DNA of 64,000 bases from Lysobacter sp. (GTDB taxonomy: Bacteria; Pseudomonadota; Gammaproteobacteria; Xanthomonadales; Xanthomonadaceae): assembly GCA_030151365.1 (NCBI GenBank), contig JASLDW010000092.1, positions 35,742 through 99,741 on the forward strand, written 5' to 3'. Numbering within the stretch: the first letter of the stretch is position 1; every line of letters begins with the position of its first letter. The notes beneath the pieces are model-generated. The model ran no database searches and was not told the origin of the DNA. It saw only the letters and a program-made list of their open reading frames with translations. The position numbers and the translations under genes are program-made. Below, piece after piece: positions 61,588 to 64,000 of this stretch.

Positions 61588-62691
61588 TCACAGGCGCAGC
61601 GGCATCACCACGTGGCGACAACGCTCGTTGCTGGCTTCGCGCACCAGCGCCGAGGAGTTGGCATCGCGCAGGGCCAGCACGACCTTTTCATCGCGCAGGG
61701 AAGACAGGGCTTCCAGCAGGTAGGTGACGTTGAAACCGATGGTCACGCCTTCGACCCGGGTGTCGGCCTCGACTTCTTCCTGCGCCTCTTCCTGCTCCGG
61801 ATTGTGGGAGCTGATGTGGAGCTGGCCCGGGGTCACTTCCAGGCGCACGCCGCGGTATTTCTCGTTGGAGAGAATGGCGACGCGCTGGAGGGCGGCACGC
61901 AGTTCCTCGCGATCCATCGTCACCAGCTTGTCGGCACCGATCGGGATCACGGCTTCGTAATCCGGGAACTTGCCGTCGATCAGCTTGCTGGTGAAGGTGA
62001 CATCGTCGCGCTTGACCCGCAGGTGGTTGCGGCCGAGCTCCAGTTCCAGCACGCGGTCGCCGCCTTCCAGGAGGCGCTGCAGTTCGTGGACGCCCTTGCG
62101 CGGCACGATGATCTGGCGCTTGGAGCGGCTGTCGCCATTGAGTTGGGCTTCGCACAGGGCGAGACGATGGCCATCGGTGGCGACGCAGCGCAGCAGGCCA
62201 TCGCGGAGATCGAACAGCAGACCATTGAGGTAGTAGCGGACGTCCTGCTGGGCCATCGCGAAGGCGGTGCGGTCGATCAGCTCCTTGAGCGCCGACTCGC
62301 TGATTTCGACGCGTTCGGTGGCATCGACCTCGTCGATCGACGGGAAATCGTTGGCCGGCAAAGTCGCCAGGCTGAAACGGCTGCGACCGGCCTGCACGCT
62401 CATCTTGTCACCTGACTGGGTCATCGTCACCTTGCTGCCATCGGGCAGGGCACGGACGATGTCGAACCACTTGCGGGCGGGAATGGTGATCTCGCCGTCC
62501 TCGGCGCCTTCGTCCAGCGCCGAGCGCGACACCATCTCGACTTCGAGATCGGTCCCGGTCAGGGACAGACCGCCTTGCCTGACCTGGACCAGCAGGTTGG
62601 CGAGCACGGGCAGGGTCTGGCGACGTTCAACCACGTTCACCACTTGCGCCAAAGGTTTCAGCAGGGCTTCGCGTTGCAGGGTCAAGCGCAT
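61588..62691 (-). CDS. dnaN: DNA polymerase III beta clamp
   Basis: TGTDLE, QDVRYYLNG, ATDGHRL, C-terminal VVMPLRL. Confidence 0.97.
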   Translation of the reverse strand: MRLTLQREALLKPLAQVVNVVERRQTLPVLANLLVQVRQGGLSLTGTDLEVEMVSRSALDEGAEDGEITIPARKWFDIVRALPDGSKVTMTQSGDKMSVQAGRSRFSLATLPANDFPSIDEVDATERVEISESALKELIDRTAFAMAQQDVRYYLNGLLFDLRDGLLRCVATDGHRLALCEAQLNGDSRSKRQIIVPRKGVHELQRLLEGGDRVLELELGRNHLRVKRDDVTFTSKLIDGKFPDYEAVIPIGADKLVTMDREELRAALQRVAILSNEKYRGVRLEVTPGQLHISSHNPEQEEAQEEVEADTRVEGVTIGFNVTYLLEALSSLRDEKVVLALRDANSSALVREASNERCRHVVMPLRL

Positions 62692-62719
62692 GGGTGCAGT
62701 TCCGGGTTCGGGATCCATC

Positions 62720-62924
62720 CACTGCTTCTATGAGTGGATAAATCAAAAACGATGGTGGTGGTTGTATCGCGACAGGCTGTGGAAAAGCAATTCAACGTAT
62801 TGATTTAAAACAACATTTCGTTCGAAACAGGCCGTGGACAAGTGACCGCGAAGTACTGGGGCAAGTTGTGGACAACTCGGGCGTGCCAAATTGTCCAAAA
62901 GTTGTCCACAGGATTCCCCGGCGC
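62720..62924. other. Chromosomal replication origin oriC
   Basis: AT-rich dnaA-dnaN gap with DnaA-box-like 9-mers at 62733, 62778, 62833, 62867, 62891, 62902 and an IHF consensus (AATCAATACGTTG on -) at 62793-62805. Confidence 0.85.
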
Positions 62925-64000
62925 TCATTCACTGAGTTTGCGCAACAGTTTCTCCCAATCCTCGTGGAGTTTGCCATCGGTCTCGAGCAATGTCCGGATC
63001 TGGCGGCAGGCGTGCAGCACGGTGGTGTGGTCGCGCCCGCCAAAGGCGTCGCCGATTTCCGGCAGGCTGTGGTCGGTGAGTTCCTTGGCCAGCGCCATGG
63101 CGATCTGGCGCGGGCGCGCCAACGAGCGCGTCCGCTTGGGGCCGATCAGGTCCTTGATCTGCAGGCCGTAGTAGTCGGCCACGACTTTCTGGATCTGGCT
63201 GATGCCGACGGAATGGTCGCGCAGGACGTCGCGCAGGGTTTCCTGGGCGAATTCGAGGGTGATCGGGCGGCCGGTGAAGTTGGCGCGCGCGATGAGCGTG
63301 TTGAGCGCGCCCTCGAGGTCGCGTACCGAGGAGCGCATCTTCTTGGCGAGCAGGCTGGCGACGTCGTCGGGGATCGGCACGCCGCGATCGCGGGCCTTCG
63401 ACAGCACGATCTGCGCGCGGGTTTCGAAGTCGGGCGGATCGATCGCCACCGGCAGGCCCCAGCCCAGCCGCGATTTCAGCCGCGGTTCGAGGCCATCGAC
63501 TTCGCGCGGATAGCGGTCGCAGGTCATGATGATCTGCTGGCGGCCGTCGAACAGCGCGTTGAAGGTGTGGAAGAACTCTTCCTGGGTGCGGTCCTTGCCG
63601 GCGAAGAACTGGATGTCGTCGATCAGCAGTGCGTCCAGCCCCTGGAACTGCTTGCGGAAGGCGTCCATGCCGCCGGTGGCGGCCGGATCGTAGAGGGCCT
63701 TGGTGAAGCCGTCCATGAAGTCCTTGGAGCGCAGGTAGAGCACCTTGGCGGCCGGGTTCTTGGCTAGTAATTCGTTGCCCGCGGCGAACATCAGATGGGT
63801 CTTGCCGAGCCCGGTGCCGCCGTACAGCAGCAGCGGGTTGTGGGCGCGATCGCCCGGCGATTGCGAGGCCTGCCAGGCTGCCGCGCGCGCCAGCTGGTTG
63901 CTGCGGCCCTCGACGAAATTCTCGAAGATGTACTGGTTGTCGAGATTGCCGTGGAATGCCGGTTCGGCAACGCCCGCGCGCGTTGCCGAAGACGGCGCCG
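62925..64000 (-). CDS. dnaA: Chromosomal replication initiator (5' end outside window)
   Basis: Walker [29 protein letters not shown]. Confidence 0.98.
   Translation of the reverse strand, partial: APSSATRAGVAEPAFHGNLDNQYIFENFVEGRSNQLARAAAWQASQSPGDRAHNPLLLYGGTGLGKTHLMFAAGNELLAKNPAAKVLYLRSKDFMDGFTKALYDPAATGGMDAFRKQFQGLDALLIDDIQFFAGKDRTQEEFFHTFNALFDGRQQIIMTCDRYPREVDGLEPRLKSRLGWGLPVAIDPPDFETRAQIVLSKARDRGVPIPDDVASLLAKKMRSSVRDLEGALNTLIARANFTGRPITLEFAQETLRDVLRDHSVGISQIQKVVADYYGLQIKDLIGPKRTRSLARPRQIAMALAKELTDHSLPEIGDAFGGRDHTTVLHACRQIRTLLETDGKLHEDWEKLLRKLSE

Overview
High-GC chromosomal window whose gene content and order fit a Xanthomonadales/Lysobacteraceae-type gammaproteobacterium. It ends at the replication origin (dnaA-oriC-dnaN-recF-gyrB, three parS sites, tonB-exbB-exbD-exbD, pdxJ, cls). 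Housekeeping content includes nagQ-nagB-II-nagA, a fused indolepyruvate:ferredoxin oxidoreductase, two L,D-transpeptidases, recCBD, mlaFEDCBA, rmuC, phhA and fbp. The most interesting block is 14.9-20.7 kb on the minus strand. It is a tightly coupled operon encoding a coiled-coil protein, a longin-like/TM/OmpA-like fusion, a Rab/Ras-like small GTPase and a His-less pseudo histidine kinase. A LysR regulator follows, then a probable ~200-nt sRNA with C-rich (anti-SD-like) hairpin loops and a 69-aa protein, each preceded by the same LysR-type palindrome. Other accessory items are a lipoprotein + DUF2235 (Tle1-like) phospholipase immunity/effector pair with a Gln-rich tail, three tandem paralogous OM beta-barrels (two share promoter motifs), a DUF2239-MFS unit with an operator in its promoter spacer, and a ~130-bp hairpin element. 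No rRNA, tRNA, CRISPR array or transposase was seen. All calls come from reading motifs by eye; no searches were run.
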